Part shown: one piece after another, positions 35,485 through 46,000 of the stretch
How the letters are laid out: each line of letters starts with the position of its first letter
Numbering within the stretch: position 1 is the first letter of the stretch
Virus record (IMG/VR): IMGVR_UViG_3300042997_001870
DNA: 64,000 nucleotides
From: an uncultured virus (IMG/VR IMGVR_UViG_3300042997_001870)
Taxonomy: Duplodnaviria > Heunggongvirae > Uroviricota > Caudoviricetes
Direction: 5' to 3' (one strand)
Notes under the pieces: model-generated
The model's database searches: none
The model's input: only the letters and a program-made list of their open reading frames with translations
Told to the model about the DNA's origin: nothing
Program-made: the position numbers and the translations under genes

Positions 35485-38022
35485 CTATATGAGAATTTTC
35501 TTAAGTTCAGTGATTACTCGTTCGCTAGTTATCAATTTAGAACACTCAAATTGGCGGTCAGTTCCTTTATGTTCAGGACACCAATTCCAGTCACCAGCAT
35601 CTAATTTTAGTCGATTTGCACAGCCTGAACAAGCGCCAAATGGGGCAGCTAATTTAACCATCCCATTGTCAGGTTCATTATATGGTTCAGTAAATCCAGA
35701 TACTTGAATGGTTGGAGTACCGACTGCCCATGATAACCAAGTAAGTCCACTACTTATTCCAATAACTGCTTGGCATTCACTAAGAGTATCAATAACTGTT
35801 TCAATTGGACCGGCTGGTAATTTTTTAGCTCCAGTTGGATGAGAATTTCCCATGTAACCGTCCTCTTCTCTTGATAAGATTACAGGTTCATATCCATTAA
35901 TTATTAACCAGTTTGTTATGTCTTGCCAACCTTCTGGGTTATTCCAATATTTGGCTTGAGCTGTTCCATGAATTGCAAGTCCAACCTTATTGGTTTTAGG
36001 TTTAGGTTCATGCTTAATAATTGGTTTGATTTCAACATAGTCTAATCCTAAAATATCAGCAGCCGTTCTTTGCAAAGGACTTAATTTAAAATCTCTAGGA
36101 ACCATTTTAGTATTGTAGTTATCGCCATCATAGTGATAGCCTATTTGATAAGCTGCATAAAGATTTGGAATTCCCTGACCCGGTTCTATAAACTTAATAT
36201 TTGGATAGGTTTCCTCAAATAGCTGATTCCAAAATGTTGAACAAATAACTTCGCAATTATGTTTCTTTCTAAATTCTTCAACATACGGAAACCATGCAAG
36301 TGTATCGCCTAGTGCACGTGAGTCGAGCCCAATATAAACTCTTTGACCAGTCGCATCAAATTTTATTTCATGAATTATGTTGCCGAACGTATCCGATACT
36401 TGAATCTTCCAATCCCTAAAGAATTTTTCGTCAGTTTTAGACCAATATTTTGAACGAAGTTCAGTTGAGAATATATTAGTATCGGTCGATTGGTCAATGA
36501 AGTTTACCAAATACGGTTGACTTGATTCAGACACTAGCTCAAGGTATGCACCATCGACAAAATTATAAGAAACTTCTGGGATAATATTAGACTCAGTGTA
36601 GCTTAAGTAATTCAGTTTGATAAATTCAGCATGATCATCTTGTAAAAATTCAGAATACACGGTTTTACCTAAGTAGTTAACTTTTAGAGTTTTACCCTTT
36701 TCGTATTTGCCAACATTGACTAATTCATAACTGTCTTTTATTAGGGTTACAAATTTAACGAAGTTGCCATATCTAACTTCTATTAGGTAATCTTTTGTTG
36801 CTTTAGTCTCATGGAAACCTGAAATTAAGTGAACAAATAGGTCTCCATTATCGTCCGCTGCTGGATAAATTTGAAATAGAGCGTCATCTCGGTAAATACC
36901 ATCTCTATTCCACACAGCTTGAGTGTTTAATTCATTTGAATTTGGAATGTACGGGGTTACTCCGATACTGGAAGTAGTTTCCTTTAAGCAACTCCAAAAA
37001 ACTCTTTCCAATTGCCAGCCGTTTGGCTTATTTGTGAAGTATTCACGCTTGCTCTTGATTTTATCCATTACTGCAACTGCAATATCTGTCTTTATTGAAA
37101 AGATATAGGTTGCAATATAGGAACTGAAATGAGAATCTATTGAAGAGTTTTCATTATACTCGTAAACTACTGCATCATGTAGTTGAGATTTTTCCAAGAA
37201 AGATTGTCTGTATTGGAATTGGTCAACAATACAATCGTATTCCATGAAATGGATTGTTTCCTTACCTAGCATTTTACAGAAGTTAAACGCAAGGGTCATT
37301 GATCTCCAAATTGCAAAATCGTGATGGTACTTCATTGAGTTATCAACGCGATAGTCTTTGATTTTTGTCCATCGCCCACTTGATACTCCGTGACTTTCAA
37401 ATTCGCTATTTAATAGTAAAGGATTCTCTTTGTCAAATAGGTAATAGTCTGCAAGTTTTTGAATTTCAGGTTTAATTGGATAATGTGATACTAGGAGTAT
37501 ATCAATTCCCTTATACACACGTAATCTTTTAAGACAGTCAACTAGATCTTGTTCCTTTTCTGGAGTATCCGGCCAAGTATCAATAACAAAAATGTCATTA
37601 TCATATTCATTGGGTCTAATTATTGAAGGTTCTGTGCTAGGTGAATACTTTTTTGCATTTGCAATTCCGCCTTTTACGCCAAAGAAATTTAGGTCTTCAT
37701 TGACTCCATCGGGAAATGCTAGCGCAAATCCATACCAATATTCATCAAACTTGGTAAAATCACCAGTAAAAATTATGGCTCCGCCAGTCTTTAACATTCT
37801 GGTTGAATTCTCAATAGCTGAGTCTGATACTATTACGTCAAATTGTTCAGTTGGTGCATCATACTCTGCAAGGTTTCCTTTAATCTGCAGATAATTACAG
37901 TCTTCAAATAGCTCCATGACTTGAGATAGTGATTCAGCCACTAGGACTCTCTTTCCTTTGAAATACTCAGGAAAAGAAGTTTTCATTTTTTGACAAAATT
38001 GATATTGGGTTTCGATCATCAT
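35485..38022 (-). CDS. Aah/TibC-family protein O-heptosyltransferase with degenerate N-terminal methyltransferase and a middle domain
   Basis: ALGDTLAWFPYVEEFRKKHNC, IGISSGLTWLSWA, CSGC...WCPEHKGTDRQFECSK. Confidence 0.85.
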   Translation of the reverse strand: MMIETQYQFCQKMKTSFPEYFKGKRVLVAESLSQVMELFEDCNYLQIKGNLAEYDAPTEQFDVIVSDSAIENSTRMLKTGGAIIFTGDFTKFDEYWYGFALAFPDGVNEDLNFFGVKGGIANAKKYSPSTEPSIIRPNEYDNDIFVIDTWPDTPEKEQDLVDCLKRLRVYKGIDILLVSHYPIKPEIQKLADYYLFDKENPLLLNSEFESHGVSSGRWTKIKDYRVDNSMKYHHDFAIWRSMTLAFNFCKMLGKETIHFMEYDCIVDQFQYRQSFLEKSQLHDAVVYEYNENSSIDSHFSSYIATYIFSIKTDIAVAVMDKIKSKREYFTNKPNGWQLERVFWSCLKETTSSIGVTPYIPNSNELNTQAVWNRDGIYRDDALFQIYPAADDNGDLFVHLISGFHETKATKDYLIEVRYGNFVKFVTLIKDSYELVNVGKYEKGKTLKVNYLGKTVYSEFLQDDHAEFIKLNYLSYTESNIIPEVSYNFVDGAYLELVSESSQPYLVNFIDQSTDTNIFSTELRSKYWSKTDEKFFRDWKIQVSDTFGNIIHEIKFDATGQRVYIGLDSRALGDTLAWFPYVEEFRKKHNCEVICSTFWNQLFEETYPNIKFIEPGQGIPNLYAAYQIGYHYDGDNYNTKMVPRDFKLSPLQRTAADILGLDYVEIKPIIKHEPKPKTNKVGLAIHGTAQAKYWNNPEGWQDITNWLIINGYEPVILSREEDGYMGNSHPTGAKKLPAGPIETVIDTLSECQAVIGISSGLTWLSWAVGTPTIQVSGFTEPYNEPDNGMVKLAAPFGACSGCANRLKLDAGDWNWCPEHKGTDRQFECSKLITSERVITELKKILI

Positions 38023-38025
38023 TTA

Positions 38026-38658
38026 TTATTGGTATTTTTGTAGAAATTGTTCTACTTGTATTAAATTTAAGTGGTGAATTCTATTTTGGTCAAAGTGATT
38101 AAATTCATAGAATGGATTGCTAAATTCGCAGCACTCTTGAGAGCCTCTTCGGATAATACCGACGCCCCAATCAGTGTCAACTGTGCATATTTCAAGATCA
38201 GGTCGAGTTGCTCTAAACTTGTAGACTGCTTTCCAAACGGTTCCATTCCAATATCCACCGGCTTGAGTTGACCAATCTGCAAAATCTTCCCTAGCTGCGT
38301 AAACGGTTGGAGGATTACAGTCATGTAAAACTATTATACCGGTTAGGCTCAAATGGTTTAGTGCATTCAGTATATCGCGTTCAACTTGATCAGAAATATG
38401 AAGCCCATCAATAAAGATAATATCCCATTTGTAATGGGTGGGCAAGTCAAATTCGCCAGATTCAAGTAGAGCAAAGAATTCGTCAGACGTGCAACGATAG
38501 TCAATTTGAGCATCAACTTCAAAACACGGGTCAACTGAGTGTTTGGTCTCAGCATTAACGTGATTGAAACAGTCAGAGGGTTCCCTAACTCCAATCTCTA
38601 GGTAATTCTTAAAAGAATAGGTAGAGATTAAGTGATTTATTATATCATATCTTAGCAT
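38026..38658 (-). CDS. Class I SAM methyltransferase (Methyltransf_24-like)
   Basis: YLEIGV, DIIFIDGLH, IIVLHDC. Confidence 0.85.
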   Translation of the reverse strand: MLRYDIINHLISTYSFKNYLEIGVREPSDCFNHVNAETKHSVDPCFEVDAQIDYRCTSDEFFALLESGEFDLPTHYKWDIIFIDGLHISDQVERDILNALNHLSLTGIIVLHDCNPPTVYAAREDFADWSTQAGGYWNGTVWKAVYKFRATRPDLEICTVDTDWGVGIIRRGSQECCEFSNPFYEFNHFDQNRIHHLNLIQVEQFLQKYQ

Positions 38659-38666
38659 AGGTTAAA

Positions 38667-41471
38667 TTATTTCCAAAAGTAAATTAATTGTAGAGCATTA
38701 TTATGTCCACACAGTAACATATAGGAATGGAATCCCAAGTTTCTGAACCTCATTACAAATTCATTACGAAGTTCATCATTAAAGTATAAGTGTTCGTGGT
38801 GATACTCAACTGCAATATTTCTAATCTTAGATAGATTCTCATCGCTGATTCCTTGTAGTGCAATTATTTCAGAACCTTCAATATCAACCTTTAAGAAGTC
38901 GATTCGGTCAATTACACCATTCTCCAATAAAGAATCAAGAGTATAAACATTTACCTCGTATTGAGTATGCCTAGCGTCAGGTTGGTGCCACAGATTTGAA
39001 CCACCTAGGTGTTCGCTCTCAGTTAGGCGTAGGGTTCCAGGTTTATCGCCAATTGCTGCATTAAATAAGATTGCTTGAGCTGGTGCATTTTGTTTTAAAA
39101 TTTCAAAGTACCTACGATCAGGTTCAAATGTTACGATTTTACTTGCACCCATGTGATGCGCGTATCTAGTAAATATTCCAATATTACCTCCAAGATCAAC
39201 CACAACATCGCCAGGCCTAACCTTAACTGCCGGTTCAGCTAATTCTCTTGGGTGTTCATAATCAGTTAGGTTATAAATTTCATGAAAGATTGCATAATCC
39301 CAACCATACTGATGCGCAATATCCATTGTTCCACCTGGAACTCCTTGAATTGATCCAAGATTTTTGATATAGTTCTTTTCAGTAAAGAAATATTTTGTAT
39401 CGTGAAAGTTATTATCGCGTTGGGCTTTTACGTAATCTGTCATAAAGGTTGCAAACTCTAAATCCTTGTTTCCATGAAAGTACAGAATCGTTGATTTATC
39501 CTGTGGTACAAACTGCCAGCCGTAGATCTTTCCAAAATTCTTTGGACCACGGTCTCTCCAAAATGAAATAAAGTGTTCCATTGCTTTGCCAGTTCGACCC
39601 AATAAGTCACCATCATATTCAGATACGTCAAAATTTGAAATTGGTAGCATTTCAGTTTTGGTGTACTTGCATCTTAGGTAGTTATCAATACCTTCATCAT
39701 TCCATTGTAATAGTTTAGAATAGTCTTCAAGCGGCATTGTTTTATAGAAGTCAAGAATCTCATTAAACCACCAATCGCATTGCTTATTATAGACATACAT
39801 GCAAATGTGAGCCTTTTTAGCAAGTCGGTCAATGCCGTCTCTATTGCAAAGTACTTCATTAAATAATTGTTGTTTTATTTGGCCAGTCTCATCATTATAA
39901 AAACCAATAAAATCTGCCTGCACATGTACATCTGGAATTGGATAGTCAGTTAACTTGCTAAAATGATTTGAAATATTGTCAATCGTATGGTTTGCTATAA
40001 TATCGCCGTCCAACCAGATAAAGTTCTCAAAGTCTTCAGTTAAAGAAGCAAGACATGCGTACTGTTTCCAATACCATTTATCGTGTACTGAGTGAAATGG
40101 GATAGTTAAAGTTTTGGCAATTAAGTTTGGATGAGAGAATGGAACTTCACAGCCAATACCATACACTATAATCTTTCTGTTTGAGAAAAGACCTAGTGAA
40201 TTTACTAGCTTTTCAATAATTGGCATATAGTTTAGATTACCGCAGGTCACCCATGCAAAGTCAGTTGAGTATTCATTCACTCTAGGAGATAGAAGCTCCT
40301 GGATGTGATCGCATGCGATCTGTGCAGCATTGGCCCATGTGAATTGATCTCTAATTATTTCTGAATCAGCCAGTGCTCTTTCTTTATATAATTCAAACTC
40401 GTCGTATACTTCTCTGAACCGGAGTTTAAGATCCCCAAAGTCAGGTTCAGCGAAATTACCAGGAGAGGTAGAGTCCCATGATTCGTCATTACTAACCCCA
40501 GCTGGAACTTCTCCATGTATGTTAACTGGTATACCCTTACCTTGAGCGAATTGCAGTTGAGCTCCCCAATTGGAATACATTGCTGGAATACCTGAAGCCA
40601 TTGCCTCAATTAGCGGAAGATTCCAACCTTCGCTTCGTGCACATGATACGAAAACATCGGCGCTTTGCAGAAGCTTAACGTAATCTTCTTTTGATTGGTG
40701 ATGCACTATTTTTATACCTGCATGAGAGAGTCCAAATTTTGCAAGGCGGTCTTCCGTTGTTGAAAGGCCATCATTTGCAAATCGATTATCTACGCTTAGT
40801 ACTAATTCAACTTTCTCGTCTTCTGAGAAAGTTTCAATGAAAGCTTTAATTATTTCTTTAGTTGATTTACGATATTCCCAACGACCAACTACTACAAATC
40901 TAAAAGGTCTGCCTTCTGGAAATTGGGTTGAGTTAGATATAGGTTTAAACATCTCAATATCAACTCCTTCTGGCACAACTTTTACCTTATTTGCTGGAAT
41001 TCCCTGTTCAATAGTACACACTCTTTGCCATTCACTAGGTACCCAAACTTGATCAAACTTTTTAAGCTTTTCAAAGAAGTCTGCCGGTTGTCTGGTGGTT
41101 TCCCAAACATTATATGCAATTGAAGGTCCAGGGTAGGACTCGTTAAAGTAAGAATGGTTTGTGTCATTCAGCACAATATTGACAATTGGATCAGATACGT
41201 TTGATTTTGCCTTTAAGTATAATGGATAATCAGAGTAACCGCCGTCCTGGTGAGTTAACGATTGAGTCATTAGCATTGTTTTAAGCTCGCGGTCCATGTA
41301 GTACTCGCCATTATGAGGTTCGTCATTATTGTAACCTGCCCAACTTTCGCCAACTGTCCAATTACGGACGCTTACCGGTACTATCCGGTTTAGGGCTTTG
41401 AAAAAATTTCTGGAATGGCAATTATATCCAGTTTCTCCAATTATTGAGGTATGTGCTTTAATTGATGTCAT
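38667..41471 (-). CDS. Fusion protein: GT4 glycosyltransferase + GT-A glycosyltransferase + FkbM methyltransferase
   Basis: RSEGWNLPLIEAMASG; IWLDGD...YFHG; VDLGGNIGIF...LKVDIEGSE. Confidence 0.88.
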   Translation of the reverse strand: MTSIKAHTSIIGETGYNCHSRNFFKALNRIVPVSVRNWTVGESWAGYNNDEPHNGEYYMDRELKTMLMTQSLTHQDGGYSDYPLYLKAKSNVSDPIVNIVLNDTNHSYFNESYPGPSIAYNVWETTRQPADFFEKLKKFDQVWVPSEWQRVCTIEQGIPANKVKVVPEGVDIEMFKPISNSTQFPEGRPFRFVVVGRWEYRKSTKEIIKAFIETFSEDEKVELVLSVDNRFANDGLSTTEDRLAKFGLSHAGIKIVHHQSKEDYVKLLQSADVFVSCARSEGWNLPLIEAMASGIPAMYSNWGAQLQFAQGKGIPVNIHGEVPAGVSNDESWDSTSPGNFAEPDFGDLKLRFREVYDEFELYKERALADSEIIRDQFTWANAAQIACDHIQELLSPRVNEYSTDFAWVTCGNLNYMPIIEKLVNSLGLFSNRKIIVYGIGCEVPFSHPNLIAKTLTIPFHSVHDKWYWKQYACLASLTEDFENFIWLDGDIIANHTIDNISNHFSKLTDYPIPDVHVQADFIGFYNDETGQIKQQLFNEVLCNRDGIDRLAKKAHICMYVYNKQCDWWFNEILDFYKTMPLEDYSKLLQWNDEGIDNYLRCKYTKTEMLPISNFDVSEYDGDLLGRTGKAMEHFISFWRDRGPKNFGKIYGWQFVPQDKSTILYFHGNKDLEFATFMTDYVKAQRDNNFHDTKYFFTEKNYIKNLGSIQGVPGGTMDIAHQYGWDYAIFHEIYNLTDYEHPRELAEPAVKVRPGDVVVDLGGNIGIFTRYAHHMGASKIVTFEPDRRYFEILKQNAPAQAILFNAAIGDKPGTLRLTESEHLGGSNLWHQPDARHTQYEVNVYTLDSLLENGVIDRIDFLKVDIEGSEIIALQGISDENLSKIRNIAVEYHHEHLYFNDELRNEFVMRFRNLGFHSYMLLCGHNNALQLIYFWK

Positions 41472-41574
41472 GCAAAAGAATCTAGTGTTTCTATTTTATA
41501 CTAGGTTTTTTAAGATTGGTTAAGTAAACTATAAAAAAAGATAGAGTATAAAACAGGTAAATTATCAATGTGAT

Positions 41575-42162
41575 ATGATAACACGTGCAGTATTTCAACA
41601 ACCCGAAGCAGACATGCTAAATTGGTATTGGTTTTCCAATGGTTTTAGCAAAGAAGATATTAATCTGGTGCATGAGACATCCTCTACTTTTCCATATACT
41701 GATGCAATAACATTTGGCAATGCTCAGCCTGATGAAGCAGTCAGAAAGAGCCGAATTAAATGGCTTAGCAATTCGCCAAAGACTGAATGGCTTTACGATA
41801 AATTAATGGACCTTGCAGTTATTGCAAATAAGGAGTTATGGAATTTTGACCTTGTATCAATGGTAGATTCAATCCAGTACACTGAATATCATGAAGGTGG
41901 AGGTCATTATGGTTATCACTTAGATATTGGAGCGGGCTCTGCCTCGCTACGTAAGGTAAGTATGGTTGTACAGTTAAGCGATCCAGCTGATTATGATGGA
42001 GGTCAATTTGAAGTACTTAGAGGTATGAATCCTGAACCTCTACCCAATACACAAGGTGCTGTGTTGCTTTTTCCAAGTTACGTAATGCACCGAGTTACTC
42101 CGGTTACTAGAGGTACTCGTAGGAGCCTAGTTATTTGGGTAGGAGGTTCACATTATCGTTAG
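41575..42162 (+). CDS. 2OG-Fe(II) oxygenase (PKHD / prolyl-hydroxylase-like)
   Basis: HLD...HRVTPVTRGTRRSLVIW. Confidence 0.9.
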   Translation: MITRAVFQQPEADMLNWYWFSNGFSKEDINLVHETSSTFPYTDAITFGNAQPDEAVRKSRIKWLSNSPKTEWLYDKLMDLAVIANKELWNFDLVSMVDSIQYTEYHEGGGHYGYHLDIGAGSASLRKVSMVVQLSDPADYDGGQFEVLRGMNPEPLPNTQGAVLLFPSYVMHRVTPVTRGTRRSLVIWVGGSHYR

Positions 42163-42164
42163 GA

Positions 42165-43055
42165 CTAAAGTCCAAATCTGCCCCTGGCTGCATCCCAATT
42201 TTGAACTACGTCAGCTGCTGATAATTCTATATCGTACATGCGGAAAGCAGCGATATTGCCAGTTATTCTTCTAAAATCATATCTAGGATCACCGCCTACT
42301 ACTATATGAGAGGCTGGATGTATTACTACAGCTGGGCCGCCTCCGCCAGTACCAGATAATGCACCATTTAGGTAAATCTTGGTCTCAAGTGGGCCAAATG
42401 TTCCTACTACATGATACCAATTGCCAGCGGTTAAATTGACGGCAGTGGTTGCGCTCACAATAGTAGAAGTTCCAATCGGCTCAGAGTTAACATAAAAAGT
42501 CATGCTAGTAGAACCAGCCGTAGCATTTGGATGAAGTAACCATGAATTAGCAGAATTCCAATCGTCAACATTAAATATGCTTTGGCCGGCACCGGCTCCT
42601 ATTGCCCAAGATCCACTAGTCGCGTTAATCCAAATTTCAACACTAAAAGTGCTCAACGGGTTTGGGACTTGGGTACATCGTATATGATCGTCTGTTCCAT
42701 CAAATGTAAAAGATCCTCCATAGTTAGGATCCCAATACGTGTCGTTCATTAAAGTTCCATCAGATATTATAGGATCAACGCTCAAATCGGTTACGATCGG
42801 TCCACCACTAGGATAAGAACCCACTGGCGGAAAAGCATCATAATTTAGTATTAAGCCTGAGGTTACAATCCAGCGCCCATCATATCCATACCAATGATCC
42901 GGCGAATACGGGGGTCCGCCAGTTGGCTGAATATAACTACACGGGTTTAGTGCCCCATAAGTGCCGGCCATAGCATCTGACAAGTTAAATGCACCGCTGG
43001 CTCCAAACTCACTCTGTATTTGCCCGAAAGTTATTTGTCCTGAATATGGAAGCAT
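42165..43055 (-). CDS. Fibre-tip adhesin-like protein with LamG domain
   Basis: N-terminus LPYSGQITFGQIQSEFG; C-terminal LamG; directly follows the fibre gene. Confidence 0.75.
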   Translation of the reverse strand: MLPYSGQITFGQIQSEFGASGAFNLSDAMAGTYGALNPCSYIQPTGGPPYSPDHWYGYDGRWIVTSGLILNYDAFPPVGSYPSGGPIVTDLSVDPIISDGTLMNDTYWDPNYGGSFTFDGTDDHIRCTQVPNPLSTFSVEIWINATSGSWAIGAGAGQSIFNVDDWNSANSWLLHPNATAGSTSMTFYVNSEPIGTSTIVSATTAVNLTAGNWYHVVGTFGPLETKIYLNGALSGTGGGGPAVVIHPASHIVVGGDPRYDFRRITGNIAAFRMYDIELSAADVVQNWDAARGRFGL

Positions 43056-43056
43056 A

Positions 43057-46000
43057 TTACTTTAATTTTTCAACCGTAGCCCTAAGCTCATTAATTTGTA
43101 ACTGCTGTTCCTTGATTGCCTCAATTAAAACGGCTACAATATTTTGATAAGCTACGGCTTTCTTACCGTCAAGATCTTCAAATACAACTTCAGGTAAAAC
43201 TTTTTCCATCTCCTGAGCAATAACTCCGACATGTACTCTAACTTGATCCTCATGATCATTCCTGTTATAGGTAACACCTCGCATATTAAGTACTTTAGCT
43301 AGCGGATTGATGATGACCTGCACATTTGATTTTACTGACTGATCAGAGAATGCAATTATATTAGCAGTCGCATAAATATCGCCGTTTACTTCAAATTTGT
43401 AACTTGGAGAGATTCCGTTAGCTAGCGACCATCTTCCATTAGCTGCATCATAGTGCATGTTAGTATCACTAAGCGTGGTAGTTCCCGAATAGTACGACGC
43501 TCTACCTATTGTTCCTGTATTAACAATACCTGTACCTGGAGGGCCAATCGGTCCAACAGGACCAGCAGGACCTGCGGGGCCTGCTGGGCCGGCAGGTCCT
43601 GCGCCTCCAGGAGTTCCAGCAGGGCCAGTACCACCTGGAGTACCAGGAGTTCCAGCAGGGCCGATAGGGCCAGTTAAACCAGTTGGGCCGGTTAAACCAG
43701 TAGGGCCAGTACCTCCAGCTGGACCAGCAGGACCAATAGGACCTGTTATACCACTTGTTCCTGATGTACCAGCAGTTCCACTTAATCCAGAGACTCCGCT
43801 TGTACCACTAGAACCGGTAGGACCAGTTGGGCCAGCAGGGCCGACTGGCCCTAGTGGACCAGTTGCACCAGCCGGGCCAGTTAAACCAGTTGGGCCAGTA
43901 CCTCCAGCTGGACCAGCCGGGCCGATAGGGCCAGTACCTCCAGCTGGACCAGTTGGTCCAGTTATACCTGAGGTTCCGCTTGAACCAGTAGGGCCGAGTG
44001 GACCGGTTAAACCAGTAGGGCCAGTAGGGCCGAGTGGGCCAGTAGGGCCAGTTATACCTGATGTTCCACTAGAACCAGTAGGGCCGAGTGGTCCAGTTAA
44101 ACCAGTTGGACCGGTTAAACCAGTAGGGCCGGTTGGACCGAGTGGGCCAGTAGCACCAGTAGGGCCGGTTAATCCAGTTGGGCCAGTAGGGCCGAGTGGG
44201 CCAGTTATACCTGATGTTCCACTAGAACCAGTTGCACCGCTTAATCCTGAACTGCCACTAGTTCCGCTTGAACCAGTAGGGCCGAGTGGGCCGGTTGGAC
44301 CGGTTAAACCAGTAGGGCCGGTTAAACCAGTAGGGCCAATAGGGCCAGTAGCACCAACCGGGCCAGTAGGGCCAGTTATACCACTAGTTCCAGAAGAACC
44401 GGTTGGGCCGAGTGGTCCAGTAGCACCAGTAGGGCCAGTAGGGCCGAGTGGACCAGTAGGGCCGAGTGGACCGGTTATACCACTAGTTCCAGAAGAACCA
44501 GTTGGACCGAGTGGTCCGGTTGCTCCAGTAGGTCCAGTTGGGCCGGTTATACCTGATGTTCCGCTTGAACCGTTTGAGCCGCTTGTACCTGATGTACCTG
44601 AGACTCCATCAATTCCACTTGTTCCAGCAGAACCTGAAGTTCCAGAAGTACCTGAAGACCCAGCCGGGCCAGTTGCTCCAGTCGGACCGGTAGCGCCGGT
44701 TGGGCCGGTTGGGCCGAGTGGTCCGGTTGGACCAAGTGGGCCGGTTGGGCCGGTTATACCTGAGGTTCCAGAAGAACCAGTAGGGCCGAGTGGGCCGGTT
44801 AAACCAGTAGGACCGGTTGGGCCAGTTGGGCCGGTTATACCTGAGGTTCCAGAAGAACCAGTAGGGCCGAGTGGGCCGGTTAAACCGGTTGGGCCAGTTG
44901 GGCCGAGTGGGCCAGTTGCTCCAGTAGGTCCAGTTGGACCAGTTATACCTGATGTTCCAGCGGTACCTGACGAACCTGAAGTTCCAGAAGAACCGCTTGC
45001 TCCAGTTAAACCGCTTGTACCTGATGTTCCAGCTGTACCTGAAGTTCCGCTTGAACCAGTTGCGCCAGTTGGGCCGGTTAAGCCAGTAGGGCCGGTTAAG
45101 CCAGTTGGACCGGTTAAGCCAGTAGGGCCAATAGGGCCAGTAGCACCAACCGGGCCAGTTGGGCCGGTTATACCTGATGTTCCTGAAGAGCCAGTTGGAC
45201 CGAGTGGTCCAGTAGCACCAGTAGGGCCAGTAGGGCCGAGTGGACCGGTAACACCGCTTGTACCTGAGGTACCTGAGGTTCCAGAAGAACCACTTGTACC
45301 TGATGTACCAGAAGCTCCGTCCATTCCGCTTGTACCTGAAGAACCTGAAGTTCCAGTAGAACCTGACGTACCGGCTGTTCCTGAAGTTCCGCTTGAACCG
45401 GTAGGGCCGAGTGGTCCAGTAGCACCAGTAGGGCCAGTTATTCCGCTTGTTCCGGAAGTACCAGAAGTTCCGCTTGAACCGGTTGGCCCGAGTGGGCCAG
45501 TTGCTCCAGTTGGGCCAGTTGGGCCGAGTGGACCAGTAACACCACTTGTACCTGATGTACCAGAGGTTCCCGATGTACCAGAGGTTCCTGATGTACCGGA
45601 TGCACCAGTTCCACCAGAAGATCCAGAAGTACCGGCCGTGCCACTTGTGCCTGAAGTTCCACTTGAACCAGTAGGGCCGAGTGGACCAGTTGCGCCAGTA
45701 GGACCAGTTATTCCGCTTGTTCCGCTTGTACCGGAAGTACCTGAAGTACCGGATGTTCCACTTGAACCATTTGAACCGCTTGTACCTGATGTACCGCTAG
45801 TTCCTGAAGACCCAGCTGTGCCGCTTGAACCTGACGTGCCAGTAGAACCGCTTGTTCCTGAAGAACCAGAAGTTCCAGAAACTCCATCTATTCCTGAGGT
45901 ACCTGAAGTACCAGAAGTTCCAGTAGAACCTGACGTTCCAGAAGTTCCAGAAGTACCGCTTGTTCCGCTTGTTCCAGTAGAACCTGAAGTACCGGATGTT

